Positions 9,051-24,000 of a stretch of DNA of 64,000 nt are shown in pieces (the stretch's first letter is position 1; each line of letters starts with the position of its first letter). Under the pieces are notes generated by a model. The model worked only from the letters and a program-made list of their open reading frames with translations. It was not told where the DNA came from and made no database searches. The translations under genes and the position numbers were made by a program. Source of the stretch: Alphaproteobacteria bacterium GM202ARS2 (GTDB lineage Bacteria > Pseudomonadota > Alphaproteobacteria > GM7ARS4); assembly GCA_014323835.1 (NCBI GenBank), contig JACONH010000012.1, forward strand, positions 95,363 to 159,362, in the 5' to 3' direction.

Positions 9051-12000
9051 GTGCCGATACGTCTTGTTTTGCTTTTGAGTTTGTTTGTTTTGGGAGGGGT
9101 TTCATCATGTTCGTCGGGGGATTCGCCTTCCTCGAGTGCTTGGGTGCCGCCTCGTGTTGTTGTTGAGGGTCGGGCGGGGACTCGCCCTGACCCGGGCACG
9201 CGCCCGACTGACCCAGGTCCCACTGATCCAGGTCCCACTGACCCGGGTGTTGTGCCGCCGGGGGATCCGGATGGCACTGAGATACTGGTGTCCAATGATA
9301 GAGGGACGACTTTGCGTGGCACGCAGGATTTCCAGAGCGGTCAGCAATCGCCGGTGTTGATGGCGTTGCTCGAGGAAGTGGAGGAGGCTGATACTGAAGA
9401 GGAAGCCTCTATGAGCAGGCTCGAGAGTCTGTTTGGTTTTGGCAGTGGTGTGACCGAGCAACAGGAGCGCACTCGTTCCAGCTTTGAGTATGCCAATCAG
9501 CCGTCTTTCGACAAAGTCGGTGCGGGGTTTGCTTATTATGATCGGACGCGCACGCAGCCGTCCAGCGGTGGCTTGTCGGCTTTTCAGGACGATGGCGGGT
9601 TGTTGTATGACCGCACGGGTGCGGGGTCATCGATACGTTATTTGACCGACAGACGTTTTGGTAATTTTAATGGCACAACGGGACGTTTCACCGATACCAT
9701 CGGGTCACATCCCGAGTTGGCTTTGTCCGGTGGCGAGGCTCTGGTGCGGGCGTGGTCGGACGATATCACCAGTCGAGTGGCGGGTGCTTTGCTCTTTGAC
9801 CCCTATGTCAGACGCGAGGAACGCAAGCTACTGTATACGTATAACCGCTTAGGGACGTTACAGCACCACAGCAGTGCGGCGGTGCGGCAACCACGGGCTT
9901 TGGCTATTCCGTTTCTTAATCAAGGGGCGTCCACGACACCGCCGGCAGATATTGTAGCGGTTCTTTTCCATCCTGACCCTATCCCTACTCCTCCCCGTGT
10001 CAATGTTCACGGTGCTGACCCTAGCCCGTTAACTGTAGAGGACTCCCGTATCATTACGGCTTTCAATCGTGAAACCCTCAGCAGCATTTCTGCGGGTATC
10101 GATGACTCGGCTTATGTGGTGGCGCGTCGCTCGGTGTTGGCTCGGATAATCGATTCGGGCGTTCCGGGCTTCGATTTCTTGGTGGATGACAACGGCAACC
10201 CTGTTCTTGTGGATGAAAACGGCGATGTTGTGCCGACCGACAGTAGCGGCGACCCGCTGGATTCTAATATAGACATTAACACCCTTGATTTCGCCTACAC
10301 TGAGGACGTGGGGTATACCTATGGCGATGTTTTTGTTCAGACGGTGTTTGCCGCCTATGATCTTCCTTGGGGGGCTACCGCTGGTGACTTCCGTTCCGTT
10401 GGCGAGGAAGCCACGGCTGAGGATATTGGTCTGTTGGCGTTGATACGTGGTTTGGTCAATCCTGAGGATTCGATTAACTTGGCGGCGTTGCGGGTGTCGT
10501 CTCATGGTATTGCCCCGGGGGCGGAGTTGGGTGTGTTGACGACTCATGGTTTGCGGGAAGTGGGCGATTGTGTTTCGATCGCGCGTCCCACGAGTTCGGC
10601 TACCGCAGTGGGGACGTGTGACTCGACTGGTGGCAGTGATTATGGTGAAGTCAAAGCCGTGCGTGGCGGCGTTAATCTCTATGATGCGATTTTGCGAGCG
10701 GGCGCGCCTCGTGGTGTTGGGCGCGGCAACATTATTTTGTTCGATAATCGCTTGCAGGCATCGGGCTTGAGCATGGTTCTGGCAACGAGGGATATCACGC
10801 AGTTGCCCTTTGCCGACAACAACCTGTGGCACATTGAGAGTCAACGTGCGGGCGGTTTTTCTACCGATTTGGGTGATTATTACACACGGGTATCTGATGG
10901 CACGGTTGCGTTGCGTCCGACCCTTGCTGCTGACAATGGGGTGAAGGTCTACGAGCAAGACGGCTACAAGGCGAAGGGCACGGAGGTTACGACTTTTGAT
11001 GACACGACTCTCACGCCGCAGCAGATTGTCTTTGCGATTATTGATGGTCATTATGGTGCGAATACGATATTGCGTTCCCGTAATGATTTAGGCGCGGACG
11101 CTCAGCGGGCGTTGCGTCTGTTGTTGGGTATGCGTCATAGTTTGCAGCGGAATGATGACTCGGTGGTCGAGGATTATGATGCCTTGATTTTTGCCGCGCA
11201 GGAGCAAGGCGGTGATATTGGTTTGTTTGCGGGTCTGCCTCTTCAGGTTGATTTGCTGGTGGATGCTCGCCGTGCCGCGGCGGAGGCGGACTTTGCCCTT
11301 GCTTTGCGTGATGGTTTGAGCGAGCGCGATATTTTACAACGGGCATTTGCGGCAGGACACAGATATGACGCTGGTCGTCAGACTCTGCGGACTGAAATCA
11401 CCGTCGACAACGTCGATGGCGAGCCGATTGCTTTCCATAGACGTGTTTTCCATCGAGTGCCGCCGGCGTTGAATGACGATTTGAATAATTCGCAAGTGTC
11501 GCTTACGTCCTTTGAGTTTTTGGAAGGGAGCAATCAGCTACGTGTGGTTTTCAGCAATGGTAATTCGTATACCATTGAGCGCGGTTTGAATGAGCAAGGT
11601 GTTGCCAATGATTTCCCTGAGGGTCAGGGTCATTATTACTATGCGGCGGCTCGTGAGGTTCTGTTCAAGGTTGCAGGCGCGCGCACGTGGGTGTTTCATG
11701 CTGTCCCGCAGTGGCTTGTGGATGGTTTAGATTCGTCGGCTTCCTTTGAGTTTGTGGACAATCGTAACGAGGTGCGTGTGACTCTCAGTGATGGTCGTGT
11801 TCATGTGTTGGATGTGCCGACAGACCTTGAGACGCCGTTGCCGTATTATTTGGCGGTTGTTGCTGCCGAGAGTGGTGCTACGCCTTGTGGTGTTGTGGCA
11901 CAGGATTTCTGTTTGGCTGCTCCGGGGGCGTATACGTATCGCGATCCGGGTAGCGATGAAGCTTATGACGAAGATGATACGTTGGAGACAACGACCGCAA

Positions 12001-15000
12001 CTGCTCGAGCTGCCGCGTCGCTGGTTGCGGGTGGTTTTGCTCTGTTGCAAGAAGTCTTTGACGGGCAGTTGAATACTGCAGAGTTGGTTGCTCGTATCAA
12101 GCAGACGGCATCGCAGAACTTTGACTTGGATGGCGATGGTAATAATGACTATACCCAGATGGATGGCGGGGCTGAGCGGTATGGGCATGGTTTGCTCGAC
12201 TTGGAGTGTGCCACCAGAGCGAGTCTCGATAGATCCCGCTGTCGTCCAGCCACCACTGAAACCCGTGAATTCAGCCCGCAGGCGTGTTTGTTGCAGGGTA
12301 GAGGGGTGAATGTTGCGGGTGATGGCTGTGCGTCTGCATCGAGAAGTGCTTGTCGGGCGTTGGCGTTACAGGGCGCGGTGTTTGATAGCGCGAACAGCCG
12401 TTGCGTCAGCGAGACGGGATGTTTGGGCGTTCAGGGACGAGTCATCGACTTCGAAGTGGGCGAGTGTTTGACCGATGCGCGGGCGTGTCCTGCCGATAGA
12501 CCCAATGTTGCCGATGGACGTTGCTCGCAACGTATATCCGCAGAGATTTGTGCCAATTCGGGGCGTTTCTTGTTGGAGGAGTCGTCATCGGGGTCAGCTT
12601 TCCTCACTGAGGCTAATCGTGGCTTCCGCTGTGTCGATTCCTGTCCTGCTTTTCAGGGTGTGCGTGACGGCAATGTTTGCGTCGGCGATACGGCGCGGTG
12701 CGGTCCTGATGGTCGGGGGTCTCGAACTGTGCCTGGTGATGACCCTGGCGTTTCGCGTTGTGTCTCGTCTCTCGATGACTCTTTCACCGAGGATACGTGT
12801 TCGGCGGCGGGGCGGTTTGTTTCCTCTACGGGTGATGCTTGTGTAGCGCGCTGTGCTGCCGGTGAATTCGTTGGTGTTGCTATGGGCGGGACGTTGCCAG
12901 TGACGTGTATGTCCACGTGTCCGTCAAGGGGTGTTAGGGACTCGACCGATAATTGTATCTCGCGCTCGGCGTGTGTTGGCAGTGGTGTTGTCAGCTCGGA
13001 TAATCGTCAGTGTTTCACGGATGGCGATGATTGTCCCGCGGGCTATGGTGTTTATAAGAATCAATGCACCAGTCGGGTGATTAACGATGATAGCTGTTCG
13101 GAGGCGAGTCGTTTTGTTGGTGCAGACCGTCGGACGTGTGTTGCCAGTTGTGAGGGCGGGCAGTTTGTTGGGGCTGGCAGCTTAGGGGCGAATACGTGTT
13201 ATTCGGTTGATTTGTGTCAGGCGGCGGGTGGTGGTCGTGAAGCCATCAATTCGGGTGATTGTGTGACGGCAACGGCTTTGAGTTGTTACAATCTTGGTTC
13301 GGTTACGTACTTATATAACGGCATGCGTGGCGCGGAAGCTGCCTGTGTTGATACGTGTGCTAGCGGTGAAGTGCGGCAGATGTCAGGCTCGGCGAATCAG
13401 TGTTTGAGTCAGTTGGGTTGTCGGGAGTTGAGTTTGGTTGTGGGGCAGGGTGCCGAGCAAGATTTATGTGTTGCGGCGAGTGCTATAGGCTGTGCTCGAG
13501 ACGGAGGGCGAGGTTTTGAGAATGGTGCGTGCGTCGCGGCGTCAGCATCGACGTGTGATACGAAGGGTATTTCTTTTGTGGATGGTGAGTGTCGTTCTTG
13601 TTTGCGCTCGCAGGGTCTTGTGGGTAGCGAGTGTCGCAACATTGACACGTTACCAACAACGGCAGAGCAAATTACGGCGTGTGCGGCGTTGGATAGGTTG
13701 TATGACCCTGCCAGCACGGCGCGCTGTGTTGCGACAGCCTCGCAATGTAGCGATAACCGCGTGCAAGGTGTTTCGGGGTTGACGGTCAATGGTGTCGCGG
13801 CGGATACGCAGTGCGTTGCGGTGAGCGAATGTATCATGGGCGGTTTCGGGCTTGGCACCAACGTGTGTGCGCCAGCGGCGGCGGATACGTGTTACAGTGC
13901 CGATTCGGCTAGATATTTTTATGATGGCTCGAGCCGTTGTGTTACCGATTGTGGTGCGGGCAATGCTCGCCGCACGGTGGGGACGAGCAATGACTGCCCG
14001 TCAGAGATGATGTGTCGGGATACGTCATCGCGGGCGGTTAATAACGGAGTCTGTGTTGTTGCGGATAGCGATACCTGTCGAGCGGATGGCTCTCGGGTTT
14101 TCTCGACCAATAAATGTGTTGCCAATGCGCGGGCGTGTATCAATGAGACGGGCGACTTAGGCTATGATAGCACGACCAACAGCTGTGTTATGGCGACATC
14201 ACCGACAGAGTGTTTGGCTGCGGGCAATGCGTTCTTTGATGGCACCGATAGGTGTCTTGCCGAGTGTGCCGCGGGGCAGGGGTCTGATACCAATCGAGAG
14301 TGCATGGCGGTAACGGCGGCGAATGGTAATGTTGTTTGTGGCAATGCGTCGCGGCGTTTTGATGTTATGGCTGATGCCTGTAAGTCGAGCAACACGTGTG
14401 ACGTGGGCGAGTTCTTAGGGGATGCCAGTTTTGGGGCGAATAGTTGTTATACTGTGGAAGGGTGCGTCATGGCGAGCGGTGGTCGTAGTGTGTCAACCGG
14501 TGTCTGTGTGGGTGCGGCGGCGGATACGTGTCGTGCCGCGGGTGTGTCCACGTATTACTTTGATTCGGCGCGGGGCTGTGTGACGGCGTGTGACATGGGT
14601 GGCTTGACGGTCAGGCGTGCTTTGGGCTCGGGCAATAGATGTTTGACGCCAGCGGAGTGTCGTTCTCTGCCCCATACGGGCCCCGATAGGGGGGCGGTGC
14701 TTGCGGGTGATTGTGTTATTGCAACAGCGAATACGTGTGCCGGTGATGATAACGGCGGGCTTGGTTTTAGGAATGGCATTTGTATCGAAGCGAGTTCGAC
14801 GAGCTGTGATACGACTATGGGCATTCAGTTTTCGAATGGTCGGTGCATGGCTTGTAATGCGGGTCAGGGCTTTGTTTCGGGGTCGGGTTGCACGGATATT
14901 ACCACGTTGGGCACGGCGGCGGCACAAGTGGATGCCTGTGCGGCGGCGGCTCGTTTGTATGACCCTGCCAGCACGGTTACGTGCGTTGCGACAGCGAATG

Positions 15001-18000
15001 ATTGCACCCAGAACAGAATTCAGGGGCGTTCTGTTGTGATGGTGAATAACCGTCCTTCGAATAGCCAGTGCATTTCCATAGCCGAGTGTGGTGCGGGTAT
15101 GTCGGGTGTCGATACGGGGAGGAATAGATGTGTGGCGGGCACGGCAGTTACGTGTAAAGCGGTTACCAGTAGCACGCATTACTTCGATGGTGATGACGGG
15201 TGTGTTACGTCTTGTTCGGGTGTGGCAGATATGAGGACGGTGACTCGTGCGATAACGGGTGGCAACGAGTGTGTTACGGCAGATAATTGTCGTGGCATGG
15301 CACATACTGGCAGTGTCAGGGGTGCGGTGCAAAATAGCAATAATTGTGTTGTTGCGAATGGCAATAATTGTGCCTTCGATGACAGTCGTGCCTTTAACGG
15401 TGCGATGACGGGTTGTGTTGAGTCATGTATCGTTGATGATGGTGGGCGTGGTCGTTCTGCTTTGGGTCAATGTGAGGCTGCATCACCGGCTTCCTGTTAT
15501 AGAGATTTTCAATCATCCGCCGATGGCTTTTACGATGCCAATGCCAGTGGTGGGGCGCGTTGTATCGAGTTTCCCAATCAGTGTGCCAATGGTGCCTTCG
15601 GTAGTAGTCGTTCGCTTATGAATGAGTGTGTGGCGGATTGTCCGAGTAGCGGGCAGGGCGTGAATAGCAACAATATTTGTAGCGGTGTCGGTGGGCTCAA
15701 TGCTACCGAGCGGGTAACCAACTGTATACGTGCTGAGCGTATCGTGGAGGGCAACGCTTGCACCGAGACGTGTTCGAGTGGCACGCCCTATTATAATGGC
15801 ACCGATACGTGTGTGGACGCGGCGGGATGTGTTGCGATAAATCGGGGCGTTGCGACTAATGCGGCGAGTCGCTTTGGTCGCCAGATTGCCACAGCCGGTT
15901 CCTGTGCGACCGCCAGTGCCGCCAGTTGTCATACTGCGGGGTCTTCTACGTACTTCTTTAATTCGGGTGCACGTCGGTGCGTGTCGGATTGTGGCGCGGG
16001 CAATGCTCGCCGCACCGTTGGCACGAACAATACGTGCATTGCCGAGACCGCCTGTCGTAATGCCACCAATCGCGGTGCGGTTGTGGGTGGGATGTGTGTC
16101 GCGGCGAGTGCTGATACGTGTTTTGCCGATGGCGGAATGGGCTTTGGCAGTGGCCGTTGTGTGACGGCTTCCGCGACAACGTGCAATGAAGATTTGAACT
16201 ATGTGTTCGATGCGGACGATAGAGCGTGCGTGTTGGGCTCCTTTGTGGATGTTGCGTTGCCTGCCACCATAACGACTCGAGCGGATGCGTTGGCGTTGTT
16301 TACGGGCGACCCAGCTGAGGCAGCGGCGGCGGATGAGGTTAAGAACATCCGCACCGAGTATCAGGCACAGCCGTCTTTGGCTCAAGTGGGTGCCGCGCAG
16401 GCGTATGTCAGCCGAGTGCCGAACAGCGGGGCAACCATCAACAACCTGAGCCAGCTGACTATTGGCAAGGGAAGCCAAATCAGCGTGATTACCAATAGGC
16501 GTTTTGACCCGTCACACCCTGAGTTCTCGTCCGCAGTGACTGGCACGGATGCTGTCGACTACGAGACCCTGACGCGGTTTTACATAAGTGTTTCAGGCCG
16601 TTTACTTAATGACGATTTTAGTTCTGCGACGGCTGGTGCTCATGTATTTCTTAATCGCTATTTCAGTGGCGATAGCGGTGAGTCCCCTCGAACCGTTTTC
16701 TATACGAGCGGATATAGTCCGTTCGGAAATTTTGAAGCCTATTTCTCAGCAAGAATAGGGCAGATAACGAATATGAATTTCGATGCGATTTCTCGGACAG
16801 ATACAAGTTTTGATGGTACCACGAGCAATCCTGTTGGGGTGGGTTTGCTGGGGGTGTTTTCTCCGCTTCTTGGTGGTTCGGCTGTTGATGTAACACCGTC
16901 ATTCGATGGATTTGAGATTACTTATGATTCGAGTCAGAGGGTGATTATCGTTGATACTGCTTCCGACGATGACGAAAACTTCAACCACGTGGGGCGTATC
17001 TATGCGGAGGGCGAGGGCAATCTCGGCTCGTATCAAATTGTTGTGACCAGCGACACGGTGGTGCGTCAAGATAACAACACCTATGGCTCAGACGTGCCTG
17101 ATGAGGCGGACGCTGAGGAGATGGGCTTGTTGGTTTTGATTAACGGCATGTTGGATGGTGCAGGGGGTGCTACCAACACGCACGGCATTGCCCCGGGGGC
17201 GACTCTGAATGTGTTTACGTCACCGCGAGTAGGTGCCAACAGGCATAATTCTGTTGATTTGATTTATCGGGCGCGGGGCATCGATATTGCCCGTGATAGA
17301 GACAACAACGGCAATTTGATAGCCGACCCCGTCCGTAACATTGTGCTGATACAGAATACGCTTGCCCATAGTGAACGCAACAACGCTGTTACTGTTGCCA
17401 ATGTTAATGATGTGGTGGGTGCATCGGGTAGTAACATTGCTGATAGCTATAAGGAGATTTATGAAGCCTTGCAGTTGGGTGTCAAAGCACCGGTGCAGGG
17501 GTCTGTAACCGCTGACGAGAAACAACAAGACATTTACGTGTTTGCCGCGGCGGATAGTCGTAGCGCGCAAAATGGCGTAGGCTTGTTGGCTGCCTTGCCG
17601 GCATCGACGTCGGGAACATCGCTTATGCCCTATTCTGTTGCGGTGGTTGCCGCGGAAGATGCTGCCAGTGCTTTTTGTGGCGTGACCGCTAACGATTTCT
17701 GTTTGGCGGCACCGGGGGCGTATAAGTATCGTGATGATGGTGCGGATAACGCCTACGGCGGTAGCGATGACACCCTAGAGACCGCCAGTGCGACCTCCAA
17801 TGCGGCGGCGTCTTTGGTTGCGGGTGGCTTTGCTATCTTGGAAGAGCTGTTTGGCGACCAGCTGGGCAGTGACCAGTTGGTGGCTCGTATGCTGGCGACA
17901 GCATCGCAGTGCTTTAATATAAACGGCGGCGGTGCCGAGGCTTGGAACAGCGCGACTGGCAGATGTGAGAATGCTCGTAATGATTATGTTGGTGATAGAG

Positions 18001-21000
18001 GCACGCCGACGATGGACAACTTGAACCCGACTCGGTATGGGCATGGGCTTATGGACTTAGAGTGTGCCACTCGTGCCAGCTTAACGCAGGAGCGTTGCCG
18101 CACAGCATCAGACGCGCCGTCTGTGTGCTTGGCGAACGGTTTTGGGCATAATGGTTTTATTTGTGTGACCACAGGCATTACGACTGGCGATTGTGGTCGA
18201 GCAGGGGGCTTGCTGTCGGGCACTTCTTGTATTGCCGCGAGTGCCTGCACGGGTGGTATGGTGATTAACGTGGACAATGACGAGTGCGTTTCGTCATGTG
18301 AGACGACAGATGTTATTGGTGCTGGTGGTCGTTTTGCGACCAACAGGTGTTATACGGTGGATACGTGCATTATGGCGGGCGGGGGCTTGTCGGCTATGAG
18401 CAACGGCATGTGTGCCGCGGCGAATGCGCGGACGTGTCATAATGCTGGTGCGGATACGTATTTCTATGATGGCTCGAGCCGATGTGTTACGGATTGTGGC
18501 ATGAACAATGTGGGGCGGGTGAATGGCACGAGCAACTCGTGCATAACGCAGACTATGTGCCGTAGCAATAGTATCAGGGGTGCGGTTGTTGGTGGTGTGT
18601 GTGAGATGGCATCGGCGGACAATTGCTTTGCTGATGGTGGCTTGGGCTTTATGACCAATGAGTGTGTGACGGCATCTGAGGGGACGTGTAGTGAGGAAGC
18701 CAACTATGTCTACGATGGCTCGAGTGCTTGTGTGCCGGGTGCCAATATCAATGTTCGGGTATCGGGCATTGATACGCGGGTAAAGGCTTTGGCGTTGTTT
18801 ACGGGTGACAAGGCAGAGGCAACGGCGTCGGATGCGGTGAAGAACATCCGCACCGAGTATCAGGCACAGCCGTCTTTGGCTCATGTGCATGCCGCGCAAG
18901 CGTATGTCAGCCAAGTGGCAGAAACCGGTGAGACGGTGAGCAATCTGAGTCAGTTGGCTATTGGTAAGGATAGTTTGATTAACGTGATAACCAATCGGCG
19001 TTTTGACCCGACGCACCCTGAGTTCTCGTCCTCTGCCGACGGTGCCGAATACGAGACGTTGACTCGCTTTGAAATCGGCACGGATGATAACGAATTTACC
19101 AGCGATGCGAGGGATATCACTGAGGGAAGCAACAAGATTATCTCGGCAATTTTCAATCAAGATACGGGTGATAATCCGCGGGTTATTTCTTATGAGAACT
19201 GGTTCCAAGCGGGTCGCTCGTTCATATCGGTCAGAGTGCCGCAGATTGATGGTAGGAATTTCGATGAGATTTCTCGTAGTGGTGCGGGCTTTACATCGAC
19301 TGACACTAGCAATCAGGTTGGCTTGGACTTATTGGCGTTCTTCCAGACGATTCTCGGTGGGGACAGAGTTGGCTCTGTGACCTTTGACGGTGACGAAATT
19401 CTTTATAATAGTAACGAAGCCATAGACTTGGTATCGAATACCGACCATGGCACGGCGCGGCGGTTCAATCATATTGGGCGGGTGTATGCGCGCGGTAATG
19501 TTGGTTCGTATCGTGTTTTTGCCACAAGAGTCATCGATGGCGTGCGGCAGAATAATAACAACTATGCGAGCGGTATTCCCAATGAGGCGAATGCGGCTGA
19601 GATGGGCTTGTTAGTGTTGATTAACGGCTTGTTGGATGGTCAAGGGGGCGCGACAAACACGCATGGCATTGCACCGGGGGCGACGTTGAATGTCTTTGCG
19701 ACGCCGACTTTCAGTAGCGGTAATAATGTGGCTGATTGGACTCTGCGGGCCCGTGGCATCGATTTGGGACGTGATAGGGACGGTAGCGGCAATCTGATAG
19801 CGGATAAGACTCGTCATATTGTGTTGATTCAGAATGGCGTTGCCGATTCGGGCACGGGTAATGCGGTGAATCGCAATAGTGTTAATTCGGCAGGAAGAGG
19901 CAGTGGGGCTTATCGTGGTCTTTTGCCTAACTTGCAGTTGGGTGTCAAGGCGCCGGGCTCGGCAACCGCTGAGGAGCTCAGAGCACAAGATATTTATGTG
20001 TTTGCCGCGGCGGATAATCGTAATACGCACAAGGATGTGGGTATTCTTGCCGCGATGCCGTTGGCGACAGAGAATAGCATTAACATCAGTCCGTATTCGG
20101 TTGCGGTGGTGGCTGCTGAGAATGCGGCGAATGCTCATTGTGGTTCGGTGGCGCGTTCCTTCTGTCTGGCGGCACCGGGGTCGTATGCGTATCGCACGAA
20201 AACCGGCGGCTCGTATGGCGGTGGTGATGACACCATTGCGGTTGCCCGTGCGACCTCTAATGCTGCGGCGTCACTGGTTGCGGGTGGCTTTGCTATCCTC
20301 GAAGAGATATTTGGCGACCAGATGGGCAGTCATGATTTGGTGCAGCGGATGCGTTTGACCGCATCCACGTGCTTTAATGTGCAGGGTGCTGCGGGGGATC
20401 CGTGGAATAGTGATACGAACACCTGTGATAACAGCAAGAACGACTATGTTGGTGATTCGGCTAGTCAGCGTCTTGGCTCGGTGCCGGGGGAGAACCGCTT
20501 CGGGCATGGGCTTATGGACTTAGAATGTGCGACAAGAACGGCTCTTGAGCGTGATGGCTGTCGCATAGCGTCTACGGATACCGCGGCGGGTTGCTTGGCG
20601 AACAATCAAGGGTTCAACGGCGTGACTTGCACGGCGACCGGCATTACCGCCGCCGAATGTGTTGAAGCGGGCGGTATTAGGGAAGGCACCATGAATCGTT
20701 GTATTGCGCGCACGGCTTGCACCAGTCCAAGGTTGTTTAACCTTGACAACAATACGTGCGTTGATATGTGTGATCCTGGCGAGGGGCGGGCATCGGGTAG
20801 ACGCTGTGCCGCGGCGAGCGATGAAAACTGTAATAACTTGAGTGTTCGCTATGATGTTGGCAATGATACGTGTCGTGGCGACCAGAACTGTGGGAATAAT
20901 GAATTTCGTGGGGATAGTAACCTTGGGACGAACTCGTGTTATACGGTGGCTTCCTGTGGGAGCAATGGTGGCGGACGAGCCAACGCTGGCTCGGGTCTGT

Positions 21001-24000
21001 GTGTGCCAGCAACGGAAGCGACCTGCTACAATCTTGGTGCGACAACCCGTTACTTGCAGAATGGCGACTGCGTGACCAGTTGCACGGGTGGTGAATTGAC
21101 TCGTTCTATTGCGATGATGAATGTTTGTGTGTCTGATACGAACTGCCGTGGCTCTCGTCAGGGTGCGGTGTCTGGCACCACGTGCATTGCCCCCAGTGCG
21201 ATGGCGTGCAATGATGATGGCATGCGTGCCTTTAACAATGCGATGGATCGGTGTGTGGTTTCGTGCATTGCCAATGATAGCGGACGGGGTCGTGATTCCA
21301 GTCATAACTGTGTTGGGGCAACGGGTGCGTCTTGTCGTCTTGCTGGTGGCAATAGCAATACGATGGGTTTCTTTGATAACAGCGATAGTGCCAACCCCAC
21401 GTGTGTTGCCACTGCGGGCGATTGTAGCGGTAGTCAGTTTGGCGAGACGGATGGCAGTTCGAATACCTGTGTTACCAGCTGCACGAATCTGACGTATGGT
21501 GTCGATGATGATGAAATCTGTGTTATGCCCAGCAACCAAGATCAGTGTGGCAACGCCAATCGTTTCTTACAGGGCGGTATCTGTGTGGCTGCGTGTTCGG
21601 GGACGACCGACATTGTTGGCGGGGCATTGTCGGGCATGGATGCCACCTGTGTTGCTGTCACGGCGTGTATCGCTGGCAATTTGGGTGTTGAGAACGGCGA
21701 GTGTGCGACCGCGAATGCAGGGACGTGTCATGGTGCGGGCGAGAACACGTATTTCTATGATGGCTCGTCCATGTGTGTGTCCGATTGTGGCAACAACAAT
21801 GTTGGCTTGATTGATAGAACCGCTATGCAGAACACCTGTGTGACCGAGACGAATTGCCGCGACACACGTAATGATGCGATTATCGATGGTGTCTGTGTGG
21901 CGGCGAGTGCTCTGACGTGCTTCCAAGATGGCGGTAGGGGCTTTGATGGGACGAGCAGCTGTGTAGATGCGGCGGCGGATACGTGTCTCAGCACGAGTAA
22001 CCTGATGTTTATGAATGGTAGCTGTGTCTCGTCATGCACGGCGGGTCAAGGTTTCCGTGGTGGTAGCTGTGTGGCTTTGACGGGGTTGACGACAGGGCAA
22101 CAGATTGAAGCGTGTTCGAATATTGGGCGTTTGTATGACCCTGTGGATGGCACACCGACGTGTGTGGCGGCTGGCGCGAATTGCAGTGGTGACTTGGTGC
22201 AAGGACGCCGTGAGATTAACGTGAATGGTGTTGTCTCGAATACGCAGTGCATTACGGCAATGGCGTGTGGCGATGCTACGTATGGTGTTGCGAGTAAAGT
22301 GTGTGTCGATGCGGCGGCGGATACGTGTCGTGCTGCGGGTGATTCCACGTATTACTTTGATACGGATGGTGGCTGTGTGACCATGTGTTCTACGGACGAC
22401 CGTCTGTATACGTTGAATAGTGCGACGGCGGGTAACAGCTGTGCGACGGTGGCAGAGTGTCGTGCGGATACGGATACGGGCACTGCGTTGCGTGGGGCGT
22501 GCATGACAGCATCGGTAGAGAACTGCTTTATCGATGGGGGTAGAGGCTTTGATAGTGGTGAGTGTTTGACACCGACGCAGGCGAGTCATTGTGATTCGAA
22601 TGCCAACTTAGTGTGGAATAATGCTGACAACTGCGTCAGCATGGAGCGGGTTAATGTTGCCGTCAGTGGTATTACGTCTCGCCAGCTGGCAGAGGAGATG
22701 TTTACCGGCGATGTCGATGATACCTCAGCTGACATTGTTATCAGGAGCATCCGCCAAGAGTATCAAAATCAGCCGTCACTGGATATTGTGGGTGCCGCGC
22801 AAGCGTATGTTAGCAAAGTGGCAGAAAGCAACGCGGATATTATGAACCTCAGCGAGCTGTCTTTGGGTAAGGATAGTGAGATTAGCGTGATTACCAATGC
22901 TCGTTTTGATCCGAATCACCCTGAGTTTGCCTCTTCCCGTGGCTCGACCTTCGATACGTTGACGCGGGTGAGTGGATTTCGAACTAGTGTCGGTCTTCAG
23001 TTATCCAATATTGTCAATGAATTCTTTGGTGGCGATATGACGGCTACTGGCAGGCGGGCTACTGCTTATACGTTTAGTATAACTGGTCAACGATTTTACT
23101 TTACCCTACCGATAGGGGAAATCGACAGCATGCCTTTTGAAAATCTCGCACGAGATGACGTGACAGCTTCTGGGACGGCTAGAGCAAACCAGATACGTGA
23201 TATCTTGCGTCTGTTGACCGGGAATACAGAGGGCGAGTTTAGTGGTGACCTCAGTTTTAGCGATACGGGTTTCCCAACGGGGACGGCTAGTCGTTTTATT
23301 CAAATTTCTCGGATGGCAGCGGATGGGGTCAACCATGTCGGGCGTATTTATCAGAATAGTAACATTGGCTCGTATCAAATTGTTCTGGGCAGACAAAAAG
23401 TGCGTGAGGCAGACGATAAAGGCGAGTGCATCGGCAACAACAACTGTTATTCCTCATCCGGGGGTGTCCCGTCAGCGGCGAGCGATGCCCAGATGGGTGT
23501 GTTGGCTTTGATTAACGGCTTGTTGGATAGTCGCGGTGGGGCTGAAAACACGCATGGCATTGCTCCTGCGGCAACGTTGCATGTGTTCACCGCGCCTAAG
23601 GTGGGGGCGACAGGGCATAGCAGTGCTGATTTGATTTATCGCGCACGGAGCATCGACCCCGCCCGTGATTTAATGGATGGCACGAACACCATTATTGCCG
23701 ATGACGACCGCAACATTGTTCTTATCCAGAACACCATTGCGGTTACGGCTCGCACGGAAGCGGCGACTGTTGCCAATGTCGGTGATGTTGTTGGCTTGGC
23801 AGGAGCACCGACCACGTTGGATAATGACTACAAGGGGATTTATGATGCGTTGCTCGTGGGTGTTGATGCGGATTCGGCAACGCAGGATGCTTATGTCTTT
23901 GCGGCGGCGGATGGGGCTAGAAGCGATGTTGGTTTGTTGGCGGCGTTGCCGATAGCGACCAACTCGAAGCTGGCTGAGTATTCTATTATTGTGGTTGCGG

